DNA of 36,377 bases from an uncultured Candidatus Saccharibacteria bacterium (GCA_964365535.1 CAYIQG010000002.1:1-36377), one strand, 5' to 3'. Positions 9,336 to 17,946 are shown, counted from the first letter of the stretch. Made by a program: numbers and translations. Notes: generated from the sequence alone by a model not told the origin.

Positions 9336-10573
9336 AGCAATCCGAACTGTTCACAAAAACTCGCCGAGAAGCGCCCAAGGACGAGGTGGCGAAGAACGCC
9401 CAGTTACTTATTCGCGCCGGATTTATTCATAAAGAAATGGCGGGAGTTTATTCATATTTACCCCTAGGGCTTCGGGTTATGAACAAGATAGTTGGAATAA
9501 TCAGAGAGGAAATGAACGCGATCGGCGGTCAAGAAGTTCATTTGACGGCTTTGCAGGACAAGAAACTTTGGGAGGCGACTGGCCGATGGGATGATAATGT
9601 TCTCGATATTTGGTTCAAGACAAAATTCAAGAATGACACGGAAGTAGGACTTGGTATTACTCATGAAGAACCGTTAACGGCTTTGATGAAAGCTCATATT
9701 CATTCGTACAAGGACTTGCCAGTTGCCGTCTACCAATTTCAGACAAAGTTTAGAAATGAAACACGGGCAAAGTCTGGCATTATGCGAGGACGCGAGTTTC
9801 TGATGAAAGATTTGTATTCTTTTAATGTAGACGCGAAAGCACATGAAATTTTCTATGAAAAAGCCAAACAGGCGTATGTCAATATTTTCAATCGTTTAGG
9901 GATTGGTGATAGAACTTATATTACTTTTGCCAGTGGCGGCTCATTCTCAAAATATTCTCATGAATTCCAGACCCTGACGGATGCCGGCGAAGATACTATC
10001 TTCGTTCATGAAGGTAAGAAAATAGCGATTAACAAAGAAGTCTTGAATGATGAAGTGCTCAAGGATTTAGATGTGAAAAGGTCCGACCTTATCGAGAAAA
10101 AAGCTGTTGAAGTGGGCAATATTTTCAATCTGGGCACGAAGTTTTCTGATGCGCTTGGTTTAAATTATAAGGATGAAAAAGGGGAAACAAAATCAGTCTA
10201 TATGGGTTGTTATGGTATTGGTCCGGGGCGAGTCATGGGCACTATCGCCGAGATTTATTCTGATGAGAAAGGTCTCGTTTGGCCGGAATCCGTGGCGCCG
10301 TTTTCTGTTCATTTGATTGCTTTGTTTGGTAAAGATGGAAAAGTAAAAATAGCGGCGGATGCTCTATATGAAAAACTTTCCAAGAAGGGAATAGAAGTCC
10401 TCTATGATGACCGTGATATGAGCGCCGGAGAAAAATTCTCCGACGCGGATTTGCTGGGCATTCCAAAGAGGTATGTGATAAGCGAAAAAACTCTCGCTAG
10501 TGATTCTGTGGAGGTGAAGGATAGGAAGACGGGGGAGGTGGGGAGAACGACTAAAGATGATATACTTGCGTAA
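9332..10573 (+). CDS. proS: Prolyl-tRNA synthetase, short bacterial-type without the INS editing domain
   Basis: N-terminus QLLIRAGFIHKEMAGVYSYLPLG, motif 2 FRNETRAKSGIMRGREFLMKD, motif 3 GCYGIGPGRV. Only about 130 aa lie between motifs 2 and 3, and the protein is 413 aa in total. Confidence 0.88.
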   Translation: MKQSELFTKTRREAPKDEVAKNAQLLIRAGFIHKEMAGVYSYLPLGLRVMNKIVGIIREEMNAIGGQEVHLTALQDKKLWEATGRWDDNVLDIWFKTKFKNDTEVGLGITHEEPLTALMKAHIHSYKDLPVAVYQFQTKFRNETRAKSGIMRGREFLMKDLYSFNVDAKAHEIFYEKAKQAYVNIFNRLGIGDRTYITFASGGSFSKYSHEFQTLTDAGEDTIFVHEGKKIAINKEVLNDEVLKDLDVKRSDLIEKKAVEVGNIFNLGTKFSDALGLNYKDEKGETKSVYMGCYGIGPGRVMGTIAEIYSDEKGLVWPESVAPFSVHLIALFGKDGKVKIAADALYEKLSKKGIEVLYDDRDMSAGEKFSDADLLGIPKRYVISEKTLASDSVEVKDRKTGEVGRTTKDDILA

Positions 10574-11208
10574 TGTTACCGAAAAAAGAAACTCAGAATA
10601 AACCATTAGTCTCAAACTCAGTCTATGTCTTTATAGACGCGTCAAATCTCTGGCAAGCTCAAAAATCGAAGGGACGTTTTCTTGATTATGAGAAGACAAT
10701 AGAATACATCAAGAATATCTATTCTGGAACTTCTGTAAAAGTCTACTATTACACTGCCTATCCAGCAACTGGTACGAGGACATATAGTCTTGATGGTAAG
10801 CATAAATTCTATACATTTCTGAAGAAAGGCCTAAAATTTGAAGTCAGGAAGAAAAAATTAAAAAGAATAAGTGTAATTGATGAGCATGGAGAAGCTATTC
10901 AAGAAAAGGGAAATATGGATGTGGAAATGACAATAGATGCGGTATATTTTGCGAAGAAGTACGATACAGCAGTTCTATTTTCAGGAGATTCAGATTTCTT
11001 AGCTCTTGTAAATTATCTGAAGAAAGGAGGAAAAAAGATTTACATATTCTCATCGAAAAATAATATTTCACAGGAGTTACGAACTGGCGCGGATGGTTAT
11101 ACTGATGTGCTCACAATTAAATCTGATATTATATGGGGCAGAGAATTGAAACGACGGGAAGAAATAAATAATAACGAAAGCAGCCCTCCGCGAGGAGGAC
11201 TGCTCTAG
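10573..11208 (+). CDS. NYN domain (LabA-like) protein
   Basis: VYVFIDASNLW, GNMDVEMTIDA and LFSGDSDF match the NYN/LabA acidic motifs. Its ATG overlaps the proS stop (TAATG). Confidence 0.8.
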   Translation: MLPKKETQNKPLVSNSVYVFIDASNLWQAQKSKGRFLDYEKTIEYIKNIYSGTSVKVYYYTAYPATGTRTYSLDGKHKFYTFLKKGLKFEVRKKKLKRISVIDEHGEAIQEKGNMDVEMTIDAVYFAKKYDTAVLFSGDSDFLALVNYLKKGGKKIYIFSSKNNISQELRTGADGYTDVLTIKSDIIWGRELKRREEINNNESSPPRGGLL

Positions 11209-11326
11209 GATGTAATACCCTATCAGTTATGGTTAACCGATAGACAGTGACTAGTATATATGGTTTCAATAATAAATCAAGGTATAGCTCTGGGGATAAC
11301 AAAGTAATACACAGGGACATATCATA

Positions 11327-11581
11327 TCAAAAATCTATCAAATTTTTCGTTTCCAAACCGAGCGCGTCCGCTATTTTGCGCAAATTCATCAAAGTAATAT
11401 TCTTCTCCGCGCGCTCAATCATGCCGATATAAGTCCTATGGAGTTTGGCTAACTCTCCGAGCTTTTCTTGTGATAATCCTCGCGCCACGCGTTCTTTTCT
11501 GATCTTTGCCCCGAGAAATATCAAGATTTTTTTGTCTAGAGTTTTTATGACTACAGTATGTAGTGTAGTCAAGTCTTGCAT
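11327..11581 (-). CDS. XRE-family HTH regulator resembling restriction-modification controller (C) proteins
   Basis: 84 aa. GLSQEKLGELAKLHRTYIGMIERAEKNITLMNLRKIADALG matches the C-protein pattern as I recall it from C.PvuII/C.Esp1396I (DRTYISGIERNSRNLTI...). An alternative TTG start 19 codons downstream is possible. Confidence 0.8.
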   Translation of the reverse strand: MQDLTTLHTVVIKTLDKKILIFLGAKIRKERVARGLSQEKLGELAKLHRTYIGMIERAEKNITLMNLRKIADALGLETKNLIDF

Positions 11582-11602
11582 TTGGTACTACAGACTATAG
11601 TT
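11549..11602. promoter_or_regulatory. Cluster of ACTACAG/CTGTAGT repeats and a C-box-like palindrome ACTATAGT around the HTH gene start
   Basis: GACTACAG (11549-56), TGTAGT (11559-64), TGTAGTC (11564-70), ACTACAG (11587-93) and GACTATAGTT (11593-11602). They lie between the minus-strand TATAAT (11611-11606) and the first codons of the gene. Confidence 0.35.
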
Positions 11603-11642
11603 AGCATTATATTTCTTGTGTTGAAATGTGCCTCGCGTGTCA

Positions 11643-11672
11643 TTGACAATGTATTCATATATCTGGTAGATT
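11643..11672 (+). promoter_or_regulatory. Promoter TTGACA-N18-(TGg)TAGATT for the large surface-protein operon
   Basis: TTGACA at 11643-48, and extended -10 TGGTAGATT at 11664-72. Confidence 0.5.
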
Positions 11673-11750
11673 TTACGTCAATTGAAATATTATTATTTAC
11701 CATGGGTCATTTTTAGATTTTGTCAAGTAATTATCAGCTATTTATCAATT

Positions 11751-14700
11751 ATGTCAATAAAACATAACAAAACACTTCTCAAATCATTTGTAGGAACGGT
11801 CGTAGTAATTCTGGGTGTTATGAGTGTTGCAAGTGCAAATATGAATGATAGTATCATGACAACCTCAACTAAACCCTATATGACTCCTCAAGCGCAAACT
11901 ACGCCACTTACTCAATTTCAAACTACGGAATTTACGGAAACGGCCACAACCACAATAACTACTCCGTTTAAGCTAACCAATGAAAGTGGCAATGATGCTG
12001 GCACAGAAATCAACACTACAGAGACAAATTCAAATATTTCACTAGCTGGAATGTTATATGCTGGACCAGCTCAAAGTCGTTCTATTGTATTTCCACGAGC
12101 GAATTATGTTGGTCAACATGTTTATCATCAACTATTCGAGACTGTAAACGATTTTACTGCTTTAGGCGGAACAATAGCGATTGATACAGTGAATGTCTTG
12201 GCTGGCATTTCATCAATTGCTTTCACTGGAACGATTGGAACTTCAAGATATATTGATATTGCAGGGTTAGATCTTGACTTAGAAGGAACGCAAGGAATGT
12301 TAAGAGTTTATATTCCAGCTGGAAACGGTACGACTGCTTATTCGACTATAAGTAAGATTTGGATAAGACTCATCAATAATAATGGAACATCATATCTTTA
12401 TAATCTATGGAGTCCTGCGAATACAGCAGAAGCAGGTTGGTACGAATTACCCTTTCTTCCTGACGCAGATTATAGAAGTATACCAGCACAGTATATACCA
12501 AAAATAACCAATATTACTGAAATTAGAATAGGCTATGATGTTTCTAGTGCCAGTAATGTTCCGGTGGTCAATTTTGATGAATTACTATTTTTCGAATCCA
12601 GAAATAAGAAACCACTTTTACTTCTGTATGCTGATGGCACTTATAGAAGACAAAATGATTTAGCTAATTATTATCGAAGTCTGAATCTTGCTAGCACTAC
12701 TGTTTCAGGAAAACCGACATTTGTTTTTGCTACTTCTCCTGGTCACACGGACTCATCTATAGGAATGACTTTTATGACACTTGGTCAATTACAAGAACAA
12801 ATCAAGGCTGGCAATCAAAATGCTATTTATGCTGATATTGGATATCCTACTCAATGGGTTGGTTATAGTACAACGCAGAAAACAAATAATGTCGCAACTA
12901 TACAAGATTGGTGGCAATCAAATGGATTTCCTACTCCTAAATCACTTTCAATTTCAGGTGTAAATGGCGTGCTTTCAAGCGATAATCTTGCTTTCTGGGG
13001 AAGATATATCAATCTAGTATTAGGAGGAAATTCGTATGCTGGTGAACGATGGGTTAATACTTTATATAATCCTAGTTATAATCGGATTACTCAATTTACA
13101 GATGTAAATGGAATGATGCAATCAACCGCTGAATTTGACCCGACTTCAGGAATCGTAAAAATTAGCGGAAGCGGAGACGCATATTGGTCCGTAATGTATC
13201 CTGTAAAGTTTACATCAACAGGGACTTTGCCTACCAGCGTTCCCCAGATTACCTCCAGCACGATTTATTGGTTCAGGAATATTGATCAGATGTGGGGTCG
13301 CATTTATCCCACGGCGACTGACGCAATGAATAAAACCAATCAAATTACCTTTTCTAATATTGGAACTGGTTCGCATTATATTGTCACAAAAAAACAAAAT
13401 AATGATGAAGATTTTGGTATAAAAGTCGTCTCTTGGTTGAAAGCAAAAGGTGTATGGGTTCAAGCTATGCACATAAATAGCGATGATGAATTAGTTGTTG
13501 GAAAGTTTGAGGCAGATGTATTCGCTAATATGGCAAATGCTGGAGAAATACAATTTGCTAATACTGATGAATATATCTCTGGAGCTGGAGTCATTGAAGA
13601 TACAACTTCTTGCGGTACGGGATTGGATTGTACTGAAACGAGCAATGGCATAATGATTGCTGGAGATAGTGCACAAGCAGATGGTTTAACTAAAGGATTA
13701 GCGACATTCAATTCAACTAATTTTTCTGATAATGGAAGTGGCGTGATAAATACGGTACAAAATATTGATCAGTCATCTAATCTAGTTTTAGGTGGATTGA
13801 GTCTCCGTGCAATTTCTCCACCAAGTTCGGCACCAAAAGCAACAACGATGTCAAATATTGCTCAAAATCACAGTTTTGAACTTGCCAGTTCTGCCAATTG
13901 GGGACAGACTTTTGCTTCATGGTATAATCAAGCCGGTAATGGAACGATTACAGATGAGACATCTTTTGTCCATTTCGGTAGTCATGCGGCAAAATTAACG
14001 ACTAACACTGGAGCATCTGATATTTATTTTAAGACTGTTATTGAACCGGGGACAACTTATTACTGGTCATTCTACACTAGAGGAGATGGAACATATCAGG
14101 GTAGATACAAAATCTATGACCAAACAAATGGTGCCGATATTGTTAGTACGACAAATACTGGTGTTACGGAAACATCTTATACTAGAGTCTCGGGTTCATT
14201 TGTCGCTTCTGTCGGAAGCAGAGTAATATATTTCATATTTTATTCTCCTTCTGGAACTTCTGGTCCTCGAGTAGCTTATTTTGACGATGTGTATATCGGG
14301 ACACATCCATCAGGAAATATTGCCGATGGCACATATTATTATACTGTAACTGCGTTAAATGGTTCAAACGAATCGGCTACGAGCACGGAAAGTCCTGCGA
14401 TTACTTTATCGAATATAGGAGGTAATGGTATGATTCTTCTTTCGTGGGCAACAACAACTGGGGCAACATCATACAAAGTTTATCGCACGACAACATCACA
14501 ATCCTATGGGGCCACATCATATTTAGGTAATCCTTCAACTACATATTATGAAGATAGTTCAGTTTCTCCTACAGCGGGAATGCCACCGTTGACGCCAACA
14601 GATTTTATTTCGCTTAGCGGAACCGCCACAAGTACATTCGGGAATGGTATAAATTTATCTGCTGGATGTTTTGCGATAAATAATGTTTGTATAAGCGGTG

Positions 14701-15374
14701 GCAGTGGTAGTAATCTCGTCGTAAATCTCGGAGTAACCGGAATAAGCGCGGTGCAAACATTTGCCTCTGCGGATAATACTTTTGAAAACGGTTGGAAATG
14801 GGTTTTTGATGTTACTGTTCCGACAAATAAAACTGCTTTGAAAATGAAATTCGCCGACTGGACGAAAGGTTCGGATGTTATTCCAGCCGAAGGTAATATT
14901 CGTATTTATTCGGCGCAATCTTCAAATGCCTATGATTCTCTCCATGCGATCACTATAAATACTGCCGGTACATACAGTGATGAAATGGATCTCAATCCTA
15001 ATATTGATCTCGATGCGATTTCAAAATCAGGCAGACAAATCCAAATAATTGTTGAAGCGCGTGTTCCAGAAAGCTCTGCCGGCGGATCTTATTCTACGAG
15101 TTATGGAATAAAATCTATTCCTGACACTATTGTGCCAGTCATAACATGGGTAGATCCGGCACCAATTTCAGGAGGAACTGCTCTCTCAAGTACCCAATTA
15201 AATGCGATAGCGTCTGTTGATGGAACATTTTCCTACACTCCAGCTAAGGGGACAATTCTACCAGTAGGCTCAAACGAACTTTCAGTTGGATTTACTCCTG
15301 CGGATAGCATAAATTACTCTTCTGTTAGTAAGAAAGTTACAATTGATGTTATTCTCAACATCTATGGATGGTGA
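11751..15374 (+). CDS. Large secreted multidomain surface protein (Thr-rich linker, CBM4_9-like module, Fn3, C-terminal Ig-like repeat)
   Basis: Signal peptide KSFVGTVVVILGVMSVASA after the ATG at 11751 (the track start 11682 is a TTG). CBM4_9-like NHSFE...W...YYWSFYTRGDG...AYFDDVYI. Fn3-like DGTYYYTVTALNG...YKVYRTT. C-terminal ITWVDPAPISGGTALSSTQLNA...FTPADSINY repeat. Confidence 0.75.
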   Translation: MSIKHNKTLLKSFVGTVVVILGVMSVASANMNDSIMTTSTKPYMTPQAQTTPLTQFQTTEFTETATTTITTPFKLTNESGNDAGTEINTTETNSNISLAGMLYAGPAQSRSIVFPRANYVGQHVYHQLFETVNDFTALGGTIAIDTVNVLAGISSIAFTGTIGTSRYIDIAGLDLDLEGTQGMLRVYIPAGNGTTAYSTISKIWIRLINNNGTSYLYNLWSPANTAEAGWYELPFLPDADYRSIPAQYIPKITNITEIRIGYDVSSASNVPVVNFDELLFFESRNKKPLLLLYADGTYRRQNDLANYYRSLNLASTTVSGKPTFVFATSPGHTDSSIGMTFMTLGQLQEQIKAGNQNAIYADIGYPTQWVGYSTTQKTNNVATIQDWWQSNGFPTPKSLSISGVNGVLSSDNLAFWGRYINLVLGGNSYAGERWVNTLYNPSYNRITQFTDVNGMMQSTAEFDPTSGIVKISGSGDAYWSVMYPVKFTSTGTLPTSVPQITSSTIYWFRNIDQMWGRIYPTATDAMNKTNQITFSNIGTGSHYIVTKKQNNDEDFGIKVVSWLKAKGVWVQAMHINSDDELVVGKFEADVFANMANAGEIQFANTDEYISGAGVIEDTTSCGTGLDCTETSNGIMIAGDSAQADGLTKGLATFNSTNFSDNGSGVINTVQNIDQSSNLVLGGLSLRAISPPSSAPKATTMSNIAQNHSFELASSANWGQTFASWYNQAGNGTITDETSFVHFGSHAAKLTTNTGASDIYFKTVIEPGTTYYWSFYTRGDGTYQGRYKIYDQTNGADIVSTTNTGVTETSYTRVSGSFVASVGSRVIYFIFYSPSGTSGPRVAYFDDVYIGTHPSGNIADGTYYYTVTALNGSNESATSTESPAITLSNIGGNGMILLSWATTTGATSYKVYRTTTSQSYGATSYLGNPSTTYYEDSSVSPTAGMPPLTPTDFISLSGTATSTFGNGINLSAGCFAINNVCISGGSGSNLVVNLGVTGISAVQTFASADNTFENGWKWVFDVTVPTNKTALKMKFADWTKGSDVIPAEGNIRIYSAQSSNAYDSLHAITINTAGTYSDEMDLNPNIDLDAISKSGRQIQIIVEARVPESSAGGSYSTSYGIKSIPDTIVPVITWVDPAPISGGTALSSTQLNAIASVDGTFSYTPAKGTILPVGSNELSVGFTPADSINYSSVSKKVTIDVILNIYGW

Positions 15375-15399
15375 ATAAATAATATATTTTAATTATTCC

Positions 15400-16044
15400 A
15401 TGACAAGAATTACATTAAAAACATCAATACTACTTTCATTATTTATAAGTATTAATATTACATATGCCTCTGAAGTCACCGGCACCCTAACTACTGGCAT
15501 TAGCGCCAGTGTTGGTACGGCTATGAACGGGGTAGTTATCAGTATTCCTATCGCAAATCCATCTACTGGAGTCTATATCTCAGCGCAAAGCGTAACTTTG
15601 AGTGCGGAAGGGTCATCTAATATTCATTACACAACTGATGGAGCAACACCGACATGTACAACCGGAAATATTTATTCAAGCCCCATTTTGGTTAATTCGT
15701 CATTGGTAATTGAAGCTATCTCGTGCTATCCGAGTAACAGAACTTCAACAGTAGTATCATATTTGTACGGAATAAATATCCCGACAAGTTCTTCATTTTT
15801 AAGTTCGAGTAGTGGTGGAAGCGGCGAAAGCTCAAGTAGTGGTAGTGGAGGAGGTAGCGGTAATACCATTCAAATCATAGGTAAAGTTGATACCAGTAAC
15901 GATGGCAAAGTTAATATTCTTGATTTTGTTACTCTAATGGCAAATTGGAATAGGACCGGTTCGAACAATATTGCTGATTTTAATAGCGATGGCAAAGTAG
16001 ATATATTAGATTTTGTACTGTTAATGGCGAATTGGACGAAATAA
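15400..16044 (+). CDS. Secreted protein with a chitobiase/Fn3-associated-type domain and a C-terminal dockerin (two Ca-binding repeats)
   Basis: Signal peptide ending ITYASE. NIHYTTDGATPTCTTGNIYSSPILV. Ser/Gly linker. Duplicated DTSNDGKVNILDFVTLMANW / DFNSDGKVDILDFVLLMANW (15889-16035). Confidence 0.75.
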   Translation: MTRITLKTSILLSLFISINITYASEVTGTLTTGISASVGTAMNGVVISIPIANPSTGVYISAQSVTLSAEGSSNIHYTTDGATPTCTTGNIYSSPILVNSSLVIEAISCYPSNRTSTVVSYLYGINIPTSSSFLSSSSGGSGESSSSGSGGGSGNTIQIIGKVDTSNDGKVNILDFVTLMANWNRTGSNNIADFNSDGKVDILDFVLLMANWTK

Positions 16045-16049
16045 ATAAT

Positions 16050-16793
16050 ATGAAAAATAACACCCAAAAATTAGTGATAGCAAGTATTACCGCTATTATT
16101 GGCGCATTAATGTTCGTTGCGCCGGTCTTGGCCGCGACGACGGCAACGCTTTCACCCGCTACAGTAAATGTAACAGCGGGAAGGCAGTTCAGCATAGCTG
16201 TATCGGTCAATCCGCAGGGAACCGCTAATTATGCCGAAAAAATAGAGATTAATTATCCAGCCAGCATATTGGAAGTAAAGTCATTTACTCTTGGAAATAA
16301 CTGGATGGCCCTAACGCAACCCGGCTATGATTCTACCGATAATATTAATGGCATATTGATCAGAACAGCTGGATATCCCGCGGGACTTTCAAGTGCTACT
16401 GCATTTGGAACTGTAACTTTCTACGCCAAAAAATCAGGAAATGGAACAATTAAAATAGGGAGTAACTCTCTTGCATTTCAAGCAAGCGCGCAAAGCACTG
16501 TAATCGGAAATGCCATAGTATTCACTGTAACCGCGCCAGTGGTAGCTCCTAAACCATCAACAATTGTAGAAAACACACCGGTTACTTTAGAGACAGAACA
16601 GGCAGTAGTAGAAGAATCAGCCCTATCAACAGAGCCGACAAATCAAGTTGAACCAATATCTCAAGTTGCCGCGGTCAGTACCGCAGTACCACAGGGAAAT
16701 GGAAACACATGGATTTGGATTCTGGTCGTAATTACAATTCTCGCAATCATAGGTTGGGGAATATATGTATCACGTAAGAATAGAGAGAACTAA
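16050..16793 (+). CDS. Cohesin-domain protein with N-terminal signal peptide and C-terminal TM anchor
   Basis: ATLSPATVNVTAGRQFSIAVSVNP...AEKIEINYPASILEV...GTVTFYAKKSGNGTIKIG resembles cohesin modules. Pro/Thr/Glu-rich stalk, then WIWILVVITILAIIGWGIYVSRKNR. I prefer the ATG at 16050 over the TTG at 16032. Confidence 0.6.
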   Translation: MKNNTQKLVIASITAIIGALMFVAPVLAATTATLSPATVNVTAGRQFSIAVSVNPQGTANYAEKIEINYPASILEVKSFTLGNNWMALTQPGYDSTDNINGILIRTAGYPAGLSSATAFGTVTFYAKKSGNGTIKIGSNSLAFQASAQSTVIGNAIVFTVTAPVVAPKPSTIVENTPVTLETEQAVVEESALSTEPTNQVEPISQVAAVSTAVPQGNGNTWIWILVVITILAIIGWGIYVSRKNREN

Positions 16794-16803
16794 ACAAAAG
16801 AGA

Positions 16804-16844
16804 AGAAAAACTCGAGAATATATTGTCTCGAGTTTTTCTTTTTG
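16804..16844 (+). terminator. Strong intrinsic terminator closing the surface-protein operon
   Basis: 13-bp perfect stem AGAAAAACTCGAG/CTCGAGTTTTTCT with a 10-nt loop, then TTTTG. Confidence 0.8.
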
Positions 16845-16869
16845 TATTTGCTGAAAATTATGGTAAGGT
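16842..16869 (+). promoter_or_regulatory. mreB promoter TTGTAT-N16-(TGg)TAAGGT, -10 element 6 nt from the ATG
   Basis: TGGTAAGGT at 16861-16869, then ACAGCT, then ATG at 16876. Confidence 0.4.
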
Positions 16870-16875
16870 ACAGCT

Positions 16876-17946
16876 ATGCTTACCTTCAAGGAAAGAAAAG
16901 ACAATATTCTCGGGCGTTTTTCTAATGATATCGGCATAGACCTTGGCACCGCGAACACGCTGGTTTATGTGCGTGGCAAGGGTATTGTCGTGAATGAGCC
17001 GTCGGTCGTGGCGGTCAATCAGAAAACCGGACAGGTTGTCGCCGTCGGCAAAACCGCGAAAGATATGCTGGGGAGAACGCCGGCGCATATCGTCGCCGTG
17101 CGTCCGCTCGTGGATGGAGTAATCTCCGACTTCGAAGTGACGGAGGAAATGCTTTCATATTTTATGAGGCGCGCCGGCGAATTTATGCCGAAAAAGTTTT
17201 TGGGGCCGAGAGTGGTGGTGGGCGTGCCGTCGGGCGTGACGAATGTGGAAGTTAGAGCCGTGCGCGACGCCACGAAGAACGCGGGCGCGCGCGAAGTCTA
17301 TATTATCGAACAGCCGATGGCCGGCGCCATTGGAATCCGTTTGCCGGTGCATGACCCGGTGGGTAGTATGATTATAGATATCGGCGGCGGCACGACTGAT
17401 ATTGCCGTTATTTCCCTTGGCGGCATTGTCCGTTCCAAGAATCTGAAAATCGCTGGCGATAAGCTCGACAATGATATAATTTCCTATATCCGCAATGAAT
17501 TCAAGATTCTGATCGGGGAGACAACCGCCGAGCAAGTGAAAATGGAAGTCGGTTTGGTTATCGCCGGCGAACCGGTGGAGACCACCATTCGAGGCCGAGA
17601 CCTCATCACCGGCTTGCCGCGCGAAGTTGTCATCACTGATTCCGATATTCGCGAAGCGATGGAGCAATCTATAAATTCAATCATAGAATCAACGAAAGAA
17701 GTATTGGAGATGACGCCGCCGGAAATACTTTCCGATATTATGAAACGGGGAATACATTTGGTCGGCGGCGGAGCTCTCATTCAAGGGCTCGATCAACTAC
17801 TTCGTGAAATGATAAAAATCCCCATAACTATTGCCGATGACCCTCTGTCAGCCGTTGCGCGCGGTGCTGGAATTATTTTGGAAGATTTGGATAAATTTCG
17901 AATTGTTCTCATAGAAAGCGAAGATGATATACCTTCAGCAAAATAA
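16876..17946 (+). CDS. mreB: Rod shape-determining protein MreB
   Basis: DIGIDLGTANTLVY, an actin-like ATPase pattern throughout, GGGALIQGLD. Confidence 0.97.
   Translation: MLTFKERKDNILGRFSNDIGIDLGTANTLVYVRGKGIVVNEPSVVAVNQKTGQVVAVGKTAKDMLGRTPAHIVAVRPLVDGVISDFEVTEEMLSYFMRRAGEFMPKKFLGPRVVVGVPSGVTNVEVRAVRDATKNAGAREVYIIEQPMAGAIGIRLPVHDPVGSMIIDIGGGTTDIAVISLGGIVRSKNLKIAGDKLDNDIISYIRNEFKILIGETTAEQVKMEVGLVIAGEPVETTIRGRDLITGLPREVVITDSDIREAMEQSINSIIESTKEVLEMTPPEILSDIMKRGIHLVGGGALIQGLDQLLREMIKIPITIADDPLSAVARGAGIILEDLDKFRIVLIESEDDIPSAK

Noticed and set aside
11129-11432. 63-aa and 61-aa ORFs in and around the gap between the NYN gene and the HTH gene
   Set aside because: Both overlap the ends of better-supported genes. 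Neither has a promoter-like element or sequence motif, and their composition looks like non-coding AT-rich DNA.
17155-17667. 170-aa and other antisense ORFs inside mreB. The same applies to ORFs at 1115-1657, 3804-4148, 5833-6309, 19290-19733 and 24622-25017.
   Set aside because: All lie opposite strongly supported genes, in the more GC-rich parts of the window where stop codons are rare. None has a recognisable motif or promoter.
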